From positions 94,862,001 to 94,926,000 of the forward strand of contig NC_045696.1 of assembly GCF_009834535.1 (NCBI RefSeq): a DNA stretch of 64,000 bases, given 5' to 3'. Positions within the stretch are counted from its first letter, which is position 1, and each line of letters opens with the position of its first letter. The notes under the pieces are model-generated. The model did no database searches and had not been told where the DNA came from. It was given only the letters and a program-made list of their open reading frames with translations. Position numbers and translations under genes: made by a program. Shown one piece after another: positions 13,065 to 26,387 of this stretch. The DNA is from Camelus ferus. Its lineage: Eukaryota.

Positions 13065-13330
13065 AAACAAGGGGTCTTAAAAGCATCCAGGCAGAACATG
13101 CAAGTTACCTGTGAAAGAAAGGAACTAGCTTGGCCTCAGTTTTCTCTTTTTAAAAACGGAGGCCACCAGGAACAAAGCAACATCCACATCATCCTGAGGG
13201 AAGAGGCTGTACCCAGCACAGTTCTTGTTTATGTAGGGTACCAGAATAGACTTTCAAGTATGCAAAGATTCTAAAAACATTTCACTCACTTGCACTACTT
13301 CATAGAAAAAAAAAACTACTTGAAGGTATG
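13065..13330 (+). mobile_element. HAL1/old L1 ORF1-region remnant
   Basis: aagcatccaggcagaa...caagttacct...tggcctcag...cctgagggaaga...aaaaactacttga. Confidence 0.55.
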
Positions 13331-14232
13331 TGTAGCCAGCTGAAAGATGACTAACATGTAAGATTTTATGAGAAAGTTATGCTATAAAAGATTGATGATA
13401 AGCTTCAGTGTCAGTTAAATATAGAAGTAGGTCAACAAATCTATCGTAGACTGCATAGAAAAGATAATTTATATGGGTTACATTCCATCTCTAAAGTGCA
13501 AACAAAACAAAACAAAATTCACATAAAGAACCTCCCCTATATTGTGTCAAATGCCTTATAAAAGATTACATCCTGTCATTCAATAATCCTTTCCCTGAAT
13601 TGGCTGAAAAAATAATCTGAGATACAGACAGTACATACACAAGGATGTTCCTAGCATCATTATTTATTGAAGTGAAAAGCTGAACCTAAATATCAGCAAT
13701 TGTAGAATGGGTACCCAGTTACACATACATTTGAAATAAGTGGAGAAAAAAAATCATAAGGCAGAGTACTGTGCGAGATGTGCTGGCATTTGATCCCAAA
13801 GGATATTGACAGTGTGATATTTCTGGGCTTGCAAACTGCTGAGCCTGCCTACCTGCTTCCCTGGGCAGGGCTGTCCTTCTTTCACACTTAAAATCTCTAC
13901 TCTGGGAAGGAGTGTGTAACAGTCATTCCTTTTCTTCCTAATGGTTAATTTAAACCCTGCTTGTAAAATTCTAACAATGAATTTAAACTGATTCCAGTGT
14001 TCATTGTTGTCCACCCAATTCTGTACATCCAATCCATTTAGAAAGAAATCTAAAGAGACTGTTACTGCATTTGTCAATCACAAAATCTTCACAGAGGGGA
14101 GAGGTCCAGAAACAAAGGATTGAATAGTATTGGCACGAAGTTGGTGTCCATTAAGTATTTATTGAAGATTATTTGAATATATCTGATGAAGAAATTTTGT
14201 GTTAGTGAAGTTTTGAGTAGTTCCAGAACTGG

Positions 14233-14656
14233 TGTGGAGAATTAAATTATTGTTCAGCAAATTCACTGCCCAATGCCCCCACCTCTTTGGGAGAGAGATA
14301 TCCTCCCTGTCTTTTTGATGATGGGTTTAGCTGTGTGACTAGGTTTGGGCAGTGGGGAGTTGGTGCAGTGAAACAAGCATAGATTTGAAATGTGCTTATG
14401 AGATTGGATGTAGTCTTTGCCTTTTACCATGAAAATAGCACACTTAGGTAGCCAGCCCAAGAGGGATGAGAGACCCAGCATGCAGATCTGGACCTGATGT
14501 ACAGGTTGGCACCACGCACAGCCAATCCAGTCCAGATCAAGCAAATTCCAGCAACTTGCAGATGTGTGAACAAGAAATACATGCTTGTGGCTGTAGGCCA
14601 CTGAGTTTGGGGATGGTTTCTTATGCAGCATATAGTGGCTGTAGCAAACTGACACA
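14233..14656 (+). mobile_element. MLT1 (MLT1I-like) solo LTR
   Basis: Starts tgtgg and includes ctgtgtgact...ttgaaatgtgctt...ccatgaaaa...gccactgagtttggggatggtt.cttatgcagca...aaactgacaca. Confidence 0.8.
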
Positions 14657-16925
14657 GTTTTGGCTGTAAACTTAGAGCCAAAGCAGTGAATTAAAAAACA
14701 TATTGTGAAAAATATCAGTACTTGTCAAAATTGAATGTAAGAAATGGAAGAATGTAATGTTACTCCGGAAAATTAAAATTCCAGAGTAATAGCCAGGTGT
14801 AATCAGAGGGTAAGCTCATGAGAGAAGGAAAAAAGAGAAAATCAAAAAGAGATTATGTAGAATCTTAAACCCAACAGCAGCTGAGAGGCTAAAATGCTTG
14901 TAACAAAACCCTAAGATAGGTGGAAGAAAGTGGAGTAATACACATTGTCTGTAGTTTGATCAGGATGCTTTATTTGTTTGGGCCTCTGTTTTATCTTCTG
15001 TAAAAGGGGAAGACATCAGTGGATAAGCTCTTTCAGCATTAAACCTTGATAAGCCTCTTGAGAGCATTTAAAATCTATTTAGGAAAATAAGCTTAGAAAA
15101 GAATACAGAAATGGACGCATCAAAGATTTTAAGGAAATCAAATTTTCGTTATTTTGGGAAGCCCTGACTTCTTATCTTCATTTCTTTCTCAAGTTACTAA
15201 AAAAGGACACTTATTACTATTGTTCAACAAGAAATCAATGTAATTAAATGAGTAAGGTTCTAGCTTAATGTAAAAGCTGATTTGAGATTTTTAAGTTAGA
15301 TGTATTTGATGAGTTTACACTTACTTCCTTTTAATTCATTTCTCTGCTAAATGTCAATGTAATATTTTAAGATAGCTTTTATATATCTCAGATTTCCCAT
15401 GTCAAAGAAACAGTTTATCATTCAACATTTCTTAAGTGAAAGTATACGCTTTAAGCATTTTCATTTAAAAAATCATAAAAGCAGCTGAGAAACAGAAGTC
15501 TCTGTAAATTTTTATACAAATGATCAGTCACAAATTTTTGTTAATTTTACACTATTATAGAACTAAGGGTTAAGGGGTAATAGAGACTCTAACAGAGTTT
15601 GGAAGGTCACCTAGTTGTTAATAGTGAAACCATCTGTTGAAGAACAGTATAAATACAAGCTTGAGAAATTTACGACACAACATAAATCATTGCAGCAAAT
15701 ATGGCAAAAGTGCCTGGCATTTTAATAGTGATTTGCTTTCAGATGGCCACCTGATGGATTGATAGGGCTTTCTTCACATGCAGTTATCTTCTGTAAAGAA
15801 TATGTATGGAAGGTGCAAAGCCTCAGTAAGACAGGGCCATGCATCACTAATTGGATTTTGCAAAAGCACTGATGATTTACATCAAAGCTTATTACAGTCT
15901 ACCCAGGTTAAAACTTACTTAACAGTGGTAAATAATTTTAAAGATTTAAATATTGCCCAAACTTCAAGCTAAAATTCTTGTTTGCTGTTTAAGTGTATCT
16001 TTCGTATGCTTCTAACTAACAGAAAATATTAGAAAGGACATTGAACTCATCCAGTAATGCTTTATCCTTATCTTCGGTCATATTCCTAGCCTTTCAATAC
16101 TTCTGTGTTGCTTGCTTATGCATAAAAACATGACTTTCAACTTTCATTTTTCTAAGCATAACTTTCACTTCTTAAAAATCTTTGGCTAATCCCCTTTACC
16201 CTTTATATTTAAAGAGACTTTATCAGTTACAAACTATTTAGTGATCGTCATATTTCACAGTATATTTACTGTTCTGAGAGGAAAACCAGGATTGATTTTT
16301 AATTATAGAATAGAAAAAAAATTTAGAATTTTATGATTCAGAATCACTTGATCTTTTAAAGACTAAAATTATGACTTCAGTATGGGCACAATACAAATGA
16401 GATCTATGCATTCAAGTAACAGAAATTATGATTGCAAAATAAGATTTAGAAGGAAAAAAAAAACATGGCTGGGCAAAGAGCTCCATTTTACCAAAAAGCT
16501 TTCAACAAGTAAGTTTTATAATGAATGTACACCAGATAGTTGTTAGCAATTACATGGAAAATCTAAATAAAAAGCACATGATAATATGCTCTATTCTCAA
16601 TTCTTATGCCCATGAAGTTGTAGCTATAATGTGGGATAATTGTGATCCACAGGAATTTAAAATGATATACCATGTGTTAGCAAAGTTCAGAGCATTATTT
16701 TTAAAGAAGAATAAAATTTTATTTGTTTTATTCTCAACCCTCAGAGGTATATTTAACTTCATAGAGAAATATCACAAAGTAAGCATAGGAGAGGAAAAGC
16801 AACAAGATAGATGCTGTCCTCCAATGTATAGTGATTATTTAGTGTTTGGAGGAGAGAGGGAGGATGGAGAATATGTGCACATGAGCAACTATAATAAAAG
16901 ATGGAGTAAAAAGAAGTACCATCAG

Positions 16926-17119
16926 TGGGGAGGCTATAGCTCAGTGGTAGAGCACATGCTTAGCATGCACAAGGTCCTGGGTTCAATCCCCAGTACCTCA
17001 ATTAAATAAATAAAAAATAAACCCAATTACCTCCCCCCTAAACAAATGAAAAAAAAATTTAATTTAAAAAAGAAGGCTGATCTTGCCCCAGGAAACAGAA
17101 TCCAAATCCAAAAAAAAAG
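16926..17119 (+). mobile_element. tRNA-Ala(AGC)-derived SINE (camelid vic-1 type) with 3' extension, inside a 15-bp TSD
   Basis: A box TAGCTCAGTGG, anticodon-loop remnant CTT-AGC-ATG (AGC at 16962-16964), B box GGTTCAATCCC, AT-rich tail. TSD aagaagt(a/g)ccatcag at 16911-16925 and 17120-17134. Confidence 0.9.
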
Positions 17120-17224
17120 AAGAAGTGCCATCAGAGTGCAAAAAAGTTCCACCTATGTTACGAAAGGGAGCCGGCAGGGGGAGGGGAGAGAGAGGGAGAG
17201 AGAAGAAAGAGAAAGAGAATAGAT

Positions 17225-17350
17225 AAATTCATTGATTAAATATTTATTGATAGTCTCCTATGTACCAGATGTTGTACAAGGCTCTTAGCAGACCATAAAG
17301 ATAAAGAAATACAATTTCTGCTCCTCAGGACTCAAAATCCAAGGAGAGAT
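17225..17350 (-). mobile_element. L2 3' end
   Basis: ttcattgattaaatatttattga...ctatgtaccag...ctgctcctcagga. Confidence 0.7.
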
Positions 17351-17524
17351 AAGATATGAAGTGTTCCCACAGCACTCTGTGAATTCAAGAATGGTAGGGA
17401 CTGTATCTTACTTGTCTTGGCATCCTAAGTGAGTGAATGCTCACAAGGTGCTGAATTCATAATCCTAAGGAATCAATCAGTGATTTGCACACAGATACTT
17501 AAAACAAAGCTCAGCAGTACGCAT

Positions 17525-17675
17525 GCTTGTTTCTTATTTAATCCTCACAACAATGCTCTGAGTAGCATCTATCAAATGATGAACTGAGGGTTGGGGGAAC
17601 TGGGTAAATTGCTCAAAGCCACACAGCTGGTGGGTGTATGGTAGGATGCCTCCAGAAGTAAGGCTTTTAATCACT
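17525..17675 (-). mobile_element. MIR SINE
   Basis: tttaatcctcacaacaa...gatgaactgagg...ttgctcaaagccacacagct. Confidence 0.7.
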
Positions 17676-17854
17676 TTTTTTCTTATTATCTTAGTGCATG
17701 ATACAAGTTGTAAAAAGATATAGCTAAATTGTTGGAAGGATTAAAGAAGGAATTACTCCAACTAGGTTAATCAGTAGAGGCATCAGTGCGTAGAGGGTTG
17801 ACCCGGGCACCATAGGATGGGGAGGATTCTGAGGGATGGAAGCAGGATCCAGAC

Positions 17855-18058
17855 CTGTTACTCTCCAGTAATCACAGGCACATGTGAAAATTTAAATAAA
17901 TTCATTAACATCAAATAAAATTAAGATTTCAGCTCCTCCAATGCACTAGCCGTATGCCAAGGGTTCAATTACTACATGTGGCTTCTGGATACCATATTGC
18001 TCAACACAAAATTGTAGGATATTTCTATTCTCACAGAAAGTTCTATTGGAGAGAGCTA
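17855..18058 (+). mobile_element. MER3-like hAT element
   Basis: gcactagcc...tacatgtggct...accatattg...tcacagaaagttctattgga; similar to 1923-2117. Confidence 0.8.
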
Positions 18059-20220
18059 TTCCAGACAGAAGGGACTTTGAAATCTCCGTGAGGAAACAGC
18101 AAAGGCAGTGAGGGAGCAAAGTTCAGGTCTGTTCAGAGAAGATTGGGGTGTTGAGCTTGGTGAGAGTACAAGGTCCACAGCAAGAAGCAGAACATGATAA
18201 GTAGGTGCCAGATATACTTTGGGTGATCTTGAATGCCGGAGAGAAGTTACGTGAATTTGGACCGCAATGAGAAACACAGAGCATTTTTCATCAAGGAAGT
18301 GACGTTACTGTATCTGTTCTGGAAGTGGTTCATAGAACTAAGAAGATAGTGAGAGTTGATGGCAGGAAAACTGGTTATTAGGCTCTGGGCTTTCATACAT
18401 GTTGCAAACTTTTGGTATGTTTTACTGAAGAAGAAAGACTGGTGAGGTTTATGAACTCTCAAGACTATTGTTTCGAATACCACAGACAATCATGAGGGCC
18501 CCCTTCACCTGGAAGTTAGTGGATTCCAAGATCCCTGGAGTGATTCTCCTTCACAGGAATTTTTCTGTTCACCATTTCGATTTCATTAGTGTAATTGGTA
18601 GTGGAGGGAAAGAACCAGCAATGTAATTTAAAAGAGAAAACAGAGCTCAGATAGTAAGATAAAGTTCTGTGTATTTTTACAACTTTGTGTGTCAAAACAG
18701 GAAGAGGTAAAGCTCTATCTTTCAGAAGATATTTCAATCTTTGTCACAAACTAAGACAAGGCACTTTTGACAATAAGGATTTCAGGGAACAAATAATGTA
18801 GGATTAAAACATTGGGACTAACTCAGAATTTGAAGTTTTACTCAGTGGATTCCTGACCCTAAGGCAATTTTTCTACTAGACCTCACCCTATATTATTGAA
18901 TTTAAAAATGCTGATTTGGTTCAGTGATTTAGTTGTCCTAAAAGTGTAAATGTTTGTAATTTATACACTTCTCAAGTCTGTAATTAGTGAAAAGCCCTTG
19001 AAACTCCTTCAGTTAGAGAATTTTTAATGAGTCGATGTATATCCTCCTCTGAGAGATCTTGAATTCAAAGGGAAGGAAGCAGGTGCAAAAAACCACGAGT
19101 GCGTCCTGCTGAACAATCTCTAGCAGAATCAGGATTGAAATGCATACCTCCCAAATCTCGGTGCCAGTTTACATTACTCAGAAAAGCAAGATTGACTTGG
19201 CAGCAAATGGAAGAGAATTAACACGAAGAGGAAACCTTGATCATGTTGAGAAGTTAGTTATTAGCTATAGCAATTAACTGCAATTGCCATTACTCACAAA
19301 AGAGTAAGATATTTTACACAGCAACTATTACTCAATAAAAGAGAACTCTCCCTCGTAATTATGGTTGTGTGACAAGTGGTGTGCCACAGATCAGCTAAGA
19401 TAAAGTGAAAATGAGTAATTGTCCTAGCAGCCGTATTTCAAAACACATACATTCTACCACAAGACTAATGTTGACAGTATCTGTCCAGTCCCAGACATCC
19501 AAAGGAAAAGTGAACACATTTTACTCTTATTCCAGGATGTTGCCTACAGAATGTCAGACAGGTTCCTGAAAAGACTGTTTTTCATTTAAACGATGGGGAA
19601 GTTGGAATTTTTCTACCTTTAATATTTTGATCTGAATTTGGATTTTTCACCTCTTACCTTAATTCTAGCAATATGTTAAGTGAAGACTGAAAACAAGAAC
19701 TTAACAGAATTGCTCTAAAGTGAGCTATAGTTTTCCATTGGTGCTGCATGTAATTGAAAGTGTTCCTTGACTTTAACCTCAGCATTGTATCAATAATAGG
19801 TAATGGTGAATATGTTATAAAAGCAAAGATAAACAATTATAGCAAGGTAGATTTAGTTCCACGTTGAGAGTGTATGTATAATAATGCTTCTGTAGCAAAT
19901 TATAGGGAATATATTCTAGGCATTCTAGAAAAAAATTCAGAAACAATTTTCGGATGTTTATAATATATTTTACTGGCTTTAAATAAGTTAATGAATTATG
20001 CATCAAAGACATGTCTTAAAATGTTCATACAGTATTTTGTCTACTTTGTTGAAAGGTAATTAGATAAATCACCTTTGAGTTCCCCCAATTTCTGATTTCA
20101 GCTATATTTATAAAGTAAAATTTATTAGAAAGGGGACTAATTTGTATATTATAAAATCAAATTTAATAATCTGTATGCCAGCTTTTATAATAATAGTCTT
20201 GATTTTATAAAAGACTCTTG

Positions 20221-20470
20221 TCTGGTGGTAAAGAGAATATTCTCTGGAAGTACACTGCTTGGGTTTGAATCACTGCTCCTCTATTTACTAACAGTGAAAT
20301 CTTGGTCACGATGCTTAATTATACCTCTATTTTTCCATCTGTAAAGTAAGCATAATGGAAAGTACTTACCACATAGGGATGTTGTAGCAAATTGGCTAAT
20401 ATATGGAAAACCCATAGAATAGTGCCCATCACAAAATAAGAGCTATGAAAGTCTTACCTTATATTATTAT
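20221..20470 (+). mobile_element. MIR SINE, near full length
   Basis: gtggtaaagag...gggtttgaatc...atttacta...catctgtaaa...gtacttacc.cataggg...tagaatagtgcc. Confidence 0.8.
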
Positions 20471-21149
20471 AGGTCTGTCTTGTATCATACATAACTGGAG
20501 CCAATATGTGAGCAACAAATGCAGAAAAAAAATGGAAAGAATTTAAATTTTGATAAGAATAAAGTAAAAATCCTACAGGATATACTTTTAAAAAAACAGT
20601 AAAATTTCAGAGGCGCTCAGGTATCAAAAGAAGCACTATAATCATCTAAATAACTTAAGACTGACAATTTTCACCCTCAACTACTTACTTATTAAAAAGC
20701 CTTTCTTTATGTTTTTAAGATTTTCACATTTAAAATTTACAAAGACTAAGTTAAGCCAACTTACTGGGGAGCCTCTATTATATTATAAAGCCAGCCAGAT
20801 GAGGAATAAAAAGGAGTGCTTTAAATAAAGCAGTGGATAATGTCCAAACTTTTAATTAGCTGTGGTAATTGGGAAAATGTACTCTGGATAATTAATGTTC
20901 ACAGAAAACTCTAAAATCTTGTTTTATTTAAGTCTCTTCAGTTTCTGAGTTTTTAATTTATTGTTGGTTGGAACTGTGAGCTAAAAAGAAAGATACAGCT
21001 TCTTCTCTGTTTTATACTTTTCTACTGTATTTTTTATTGGTGAAGATAGGGCCAAAATCAGGAAGGAGAGCTGTATGAGGTTTCGATGGTCTCTTACAAT
21101 TGAATGATCTCTGAAATAAATTCATATTGGCTCTGAAAACAAAGTTCAG

Positions 21150-21345
21150 GCTGAGTCAGACCTTAGTCTGAGTCTTGTCTATGCCATTTTCACATTGCAC
21201 AAATTATTTGAACATTGTAAACCTCAGCTTCCTCCTATGTCAAATAAAAATGGTAGTATTTACTCATTATGATTTTTGGAATTTAAATTAGACACATAAA
21301 AAATACATAGTACCTTTCTTGGCATAAATAGTTCAATAAATATGG
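21150..21345 (+). mobile_element. MIR SINE
   Basis: gagtcagacct...acctcagcttcctc...ggcataaatagttcaataaatatg. Confidence 0.65.
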
Positions 21346-21716
21346 GCTGCTCTGGTGGTGATGGTGGTGGTGATGATGGTAATAATGGCCATTGGTTCTG
21401 CTCCACTAACTCTTTGGTTTTTAATCACTGATGGATTTACCTATTCTGGTGTTTTTTTTTTTTCTACTTCTATAATTCTTCTTTCTCCTTTACAAGACCT
21501 TTCTCTATGTACCTCTTTTAAGTAAATATTCCTCAAGGATCTACCTGGTTTCTATTCAGTTTCTCACAATGCAGTCTCTCCCAAGATACATAAAATTCTT
21601 TACATTTTTAGGTATTTTTTATGACGGTTCAAAGGCCCTGTCTCTGGCCCTGACTTGTCCCCTGAATCCTTCATCTGATTGGCAAGCTTCAAAGAGATCT
21701 CTCACTATTACACCAA

Positions 21717-21870
21717 CCAGTGATATGCTGGTAAGCTGGCTCTCAAAAAAAGAGTTCTTTGTAGAATTTGTCAATTTCTATACTGCAAATAATTTCATCG
21801 TGGCCTATTTCTAACTACTATTTTAACAACATTGAACTCAGAGTTGGGAAGAGACATGCATGCTGACTCT
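21717..21870. mobile_element. MER63-like hAT-Blackjack fragment
   Basis: ccagtgatatgctggtaagctggctctc...atttgtcaatttc...gagttgggaagagacatgca. Confidence 0.65.
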
Positions 21871-24194
21871 AAGACTGGACTTTTCTTAGCTGGTAATTTC
21901 CCAAACCAAATTCATCATCTTTGCTTCAGTCCTAGGTAATAGCACATTATTCACCTATTTGTCCAGGCTAGAGACATCAGAATCAGCCATAATGGAATAT
22001 GAGTTATTCTTCGATTGTCTTTTCCATACCCCTGTGCCTTAGCTGGTGCTGCTGCCTTAAGCTGGACTGTCCCTCCCACATATTCATTGTCGAAATTCTT
22101 TAGGTCTAAGCTCAAACATTGAATCTTTTGATGAGCGTTCCTCGCTTGACTGTCTAACTAGAAGTAATCACTTTTTCCTCTGTACTTACATCAGGCATTG
22201 GTTTTTTTTTTCTTTAACTAGGAATATCTAAAGTTGGTTTATTAAAAGCAAATTCAGATTTCTCAAGATGAGTAAAGAGAGAAGAACTTCACCTGTGGGG
22301 TGTGAAGATGGATTTGAAGTTGTGAGGTCTGGTCTGCCATCATTTCCCTTCCTCTCGGGATAGTCTTGTATGGGTCACAGCCAACAGTGTGGGGACCTAA
22401 AAAGAGATCCTCTTTCTTAAATGTTTTAGTCTGAAGATAGATTTTCTTTTACTTCCTTCCTTAATTCTGTCAATACAGTCAAATCAAGACTGGATCTTTA
22501 AAACAAAGCATTCAAACACACTCAAGAGAAATAGGAAGGAAACAAAAGGCATTGTGGGCGATCAGATGATGTGGTTTACTCCAGTGTGAACATTTGAGTT
22601 TATTAATAGAGCTAATCTTTCAAAAGCATTTATTTATTTTTATTTTTGTTACCCCAGTTACTGTCTTCACCAGAATGCAGAATAAATTTCTGTCTGCTAG
22701 GTTAGTGTTTTTCTTGTCTCTAAATCGCTCATGCTGCTGGTACTATATTATGTATAATATATAATTCAACAAATTGTGAGTGCAATTCATGAATGCATAA
22801 CGTGAGCACTTTGATTTCAAAGTTTAGCTGGAGAAGATTGTGACAGGCAACAAAATATAAATATGCCACTTTCATGTGGTACCCTTCTATTTGTGAACTT
22901 TTATGACCTTGTTTGACCTTAAATGTCATATGATAAATAGTAATTTTGTTTTTGTCTGTGTGTTTCTTCTGAAGAAAAAATAGATAAAAGTACACTGTCC
23001 AAAACATACAGTAATTCACTAATGGGAGATAACTTTTAGCCTTTCTTTGTCCTTGAGAAGCACGGAGAGCCATGACTTTGTTTTCCCATCCTTAATTTGC
23101 AGGCAGTTACTTCTGAAGAATCCAACCTCAGCATGACATTAGGGTTGTGGAAGAAGTATTTGTCCTTTGAAATTTATTTCAAAACATCTGAAAGCTTTCA
23201 TGGTGTATTTTTCTTAACTGCAGAGCCTTGAACTTCTGGGACAAAAGAGGGAGAGGAGTTGTGGTAAGGACTGAGATTAAACCTTCACCTAGAGAGAAAC
23301 TGGATGGATGTGCTGGGTTTAGCTCGTTCAGACTTGCTGCTCGTTGCATAAACACTCCCATTCTGTCCATCAGACCCACCCATTTCCGTCTAGTAGAAAT
23401 CAGTGAATCATGTTCAATCCTGAGTAGGCCATTGTGATCTTTACCTTTTTAAGGTCTACCTATTGCTTTTGCCTCTGATCACCTTTTCCTGGCCTCCTGC
23501 CTGTTTACCTGACATCACTGTCTACCAGGCATCTGGATAGCAAAATAGATTTAGAAGATTTGGAATGAAGAAGTATTTTGGAAATAATTAGGCTAGAATT
23601 CAGGATACCTGGTTTGGTTCCAGTTCTAGCTGCTTTTGAGTAGCTGTTGATCTTGAATATACCCCATTATGTTTTTGGATATATTTTATAAAATTATTGA
23701 ATTAAAATAAATAGTATTCATGAATTTGTACTATTCTTTTTTTTAAAAAGGCTTTTAGTGATATATATATTGCACTAATAAGCACAGAAGTAGATATGGT
23801 ACAATACCAAGAGATTAACAGGATCAAAACAGTTGATAGAGGAAGAGAGGAAAATAGGGAAGAAGATACAGACCTAGGTACAGGGGTGGGTAGCTTTGCC
23901 CCCAAGACTTGCCATGTAATATTAATTTTGCAGAAAGGAAATGTTTTTAAGGAGCAGAATGTGCTGACAACTTACAGTGTTGCTTAGTTGTAGACATTGG
24001 TTGCTGTTTTATATTAATAATGTTTGCTTCAATGTTTTAGTCTGTATCTTTTGCTCCCCTTTAATTTATAATTTTTCTTTACAATAGAAAAAATAAAAAC
24101 AGTGAAGAAAAAGCTTAAAATAACAATTATACTCATTACTCAGAATCATTTTGCCACACTTTTGAAATTCTAGTGTTTATTTGTACACAATGTA

Positions 24195-24633
24195 TATATT
24201 AGTTTGTTTTCTTCCAGATGAAGATCTCAAGATAATGACTTGAGGGCAAATAGTTTGTTTGAGTTGAGCAGGGGACACCAGCAGGGCTGTGGGACAGTGG
24301 GGGAAGGGAAAACAAGAGGAAGAGTACTTTAGTCAATCTGCCTCTGTGGTGGGTACCTGGAGTTAATCCTTTGGAAAGACTCTGGGAAGTGGTATGAAAC
24401 ACAGTTCTCAAGAATCCAGAACCTAAAGTTCAAGGGGGCTGGTTTTAGGGCTGCTGGGGTGCATGTTAATCTCTCAGTACTTCTGAATCACTGTGAGCAG
24501 AGGGGCACAGCAGCCACAGTTGAAGGGGGATGGCACTTGGGCACAGGAGTGTGGATAGTGACAGTAGGGAGTCAGCTGGAGCACACAGAAGGGTTAGAGG
24601 GATGTGGTTGGAGCACTGACAGTGTCTGCTTCA
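24195..24633 (-). mobile_element. LTR33-like (ERVL) solo LTR
   Basis: tgagggcaaatagtttgtttg...actctgggaagtggtatg...ggagcactgacagtgtctgcttca. Confidence 0.7.
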
Positions 24634-24811
24634 ATATATCACCTAGTATTTCAGGTAATCAATTTTCAAAATAAAGATGAAACATATTTACCTTAAACAA
24701 GTTAGAAAAGTAAAAATGATATAAATATTTTAAAATCATTCCAAATTTGACCTTCTGGTAGTGGTCATTAATATGTTTAGGTGAAAGTCATTCATTCCAC
24801 ACTTAAATAAG

Positions 24812-24846
24812 TGTGTTTGTGTGTGTGTGTGTGGAGAGAGAGAGAG
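24812..24846. repeat. (GT)n(GA)n microsatellite
   Basis: Direct reading. Confidence 0.8.
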
Positions 24847-24878
24847 TATATGTGCTTCATTTCAGGAAAAATTTTTTA

Positions 24879-25334
24879 TGTTGGCTGAAAGAAAAATGCA
24901 CAATGTAAAAGTTGCAAGTTTTATTTGGGGACCTTACTGAGGACTATAGCCTGGGAGATAAGCTCTCAGATAGCTATGAGGAACAACTCCAAAGAGGTAA
25001 GGGAGGAACCAGGATGTATGTGAATTTTTTACTGGAAAAAAACATGTAGTAGAATATCAAAAAATTATTGCTGATTACAAAGAACAGACATCTCTAGTTA
25101 ATGATTTTAGGGCTTTTCTATGTATGGGAAGATTCAAGAATCTGGGGTCATTGAAATTTTTCCTTAGATATGCATCTTAACTATCTAGGGGCCGGTATAT
25201 CCAAGGCACAGAATGCTTCCTGTTTTTCTTCATTGTGAATTACCCTTGGGGTGCACTTCTTGGTGGGCAACTGTGGTGTCTCATGGCTTCATCCTTGTAG
25301 AACTGGAATGACAGGCAACATTCTTTTCTTTATA
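24879..25334 (-). mobile_element. MER41-like ERV1 solo LTR (artiodactyl type)
   Basis: ctctcagatagct.tgagga...ctccaaagaggtaagggagga.ccagga...gcttttctatgtatgggaagat.caaga.tctggg resembles MER41_BT-type LTRs (from memory). Confidence 0.75.
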
Positions 25335-25389
25335 GATGCATCTGCTTTTCTTTGGTCAGATTCCTCATTTGAGGAGTACTAGATGTATA

Positions 25390-26387
25390 TTTTTTTAAAT
25401 TGAAGTATTGTTGATTTACAGTGTTGTGTTAATGTCAGCTGTACAGCAAAGTGATTCAGTTACACACATATATGTATATATATTCATTTTCAGATTCTTT
25501 TCCATTATGGGTTATTACCAGATAAAATAGTATAGTAATATAGATTGAATATAGTTCCCTGTGCTATACAGTAGGTCCTTATTGTTTATCTATTTTACAT
25601 ATAATAGCATGTATATGTTAATCCCAAACTCCTAATTTGTCTCTCCCCAGCACCCCTGTGAGTATGTTTCTGGTTTATAAATAAGTTCATTTATATCATT
25701 TTTTTTTAGATTCCACATAAAAGTGCTATCATGTGATATTTGTCTTTCTCTATCTGACTTCACTTAATATGATAATCTCTATGTCCATCCATGTTGCTGC
25801 AAATGGAATTATTTCATTCCTTTTTATGCCTAAGTAATATTTCATTGTGTATATATACCACAACTTACTTATCCATTCATCTGTTGATAAACATTTAGGT
25901 TGCTTCCATGTCTTGGCTATTGTAAATAGTGCTGCTGTGAACACTGGGCTGCATGTATCTTTTCAAGTTATAGTTTTATCTGGATGTCATTTTTATCAAG
26001 AGTGGGATTGTTGGATCATATGGAAACTCTATTTTTCATTCTTTAAGGAACTCCATAATGTTCTCCATAGTGGCTGCACCAATTTACATTCCAACCAACA
26101 GTGTGGAAGGGTTTCTTTTTCTCTACACCCTCTTCAACACTTATTATTTGTAGACTTTTTAATGATGCCCATTCTGACTGGTGTGAGGTGATGCCTCATT
26201 ATGGTTTTGATTTGCATTTCGCTAATAATTAGTTTTGATGAGCATCTATTAATGTGCCTGTTGGCACATCTGTGTGTCTTCTTTAGAGAAATGTCTATTT
26301 ATTGGGTTTTTTGTTTGTTTATATTAAGCTGTATGGGCTGTTTATATATTTTGGAACATATTTGCAAATTATGCGACCAACAAGGGA
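25390..26387 (-). mobile_element. Artiodactyl-type L1, ORF2 C-terminus plus 3' UTR, with a short 5' inversion
   Basis: ORF 25750-25944 translates to [18 protein letters not shown]...WYIYTM..Y (L1 ORF2p C-terminus). T-tract at 25390. An L1-sense 30-mer lies at 26358-26387. Confidence 0.92.

Noticed and set aside
16927..16999. Apparent tRNA-Ala(AGC) gene
   Set aside because: It has an extended 5' end, stem mismatches, an A-rich tail, a flanking TSD and no T-run terminator. It is a SINE head.
16521..17009. 162-aa ORF
   Set aside because: AT-rich with no family resemblance, and it ends inside the SINE. Most likely a chance ORF.
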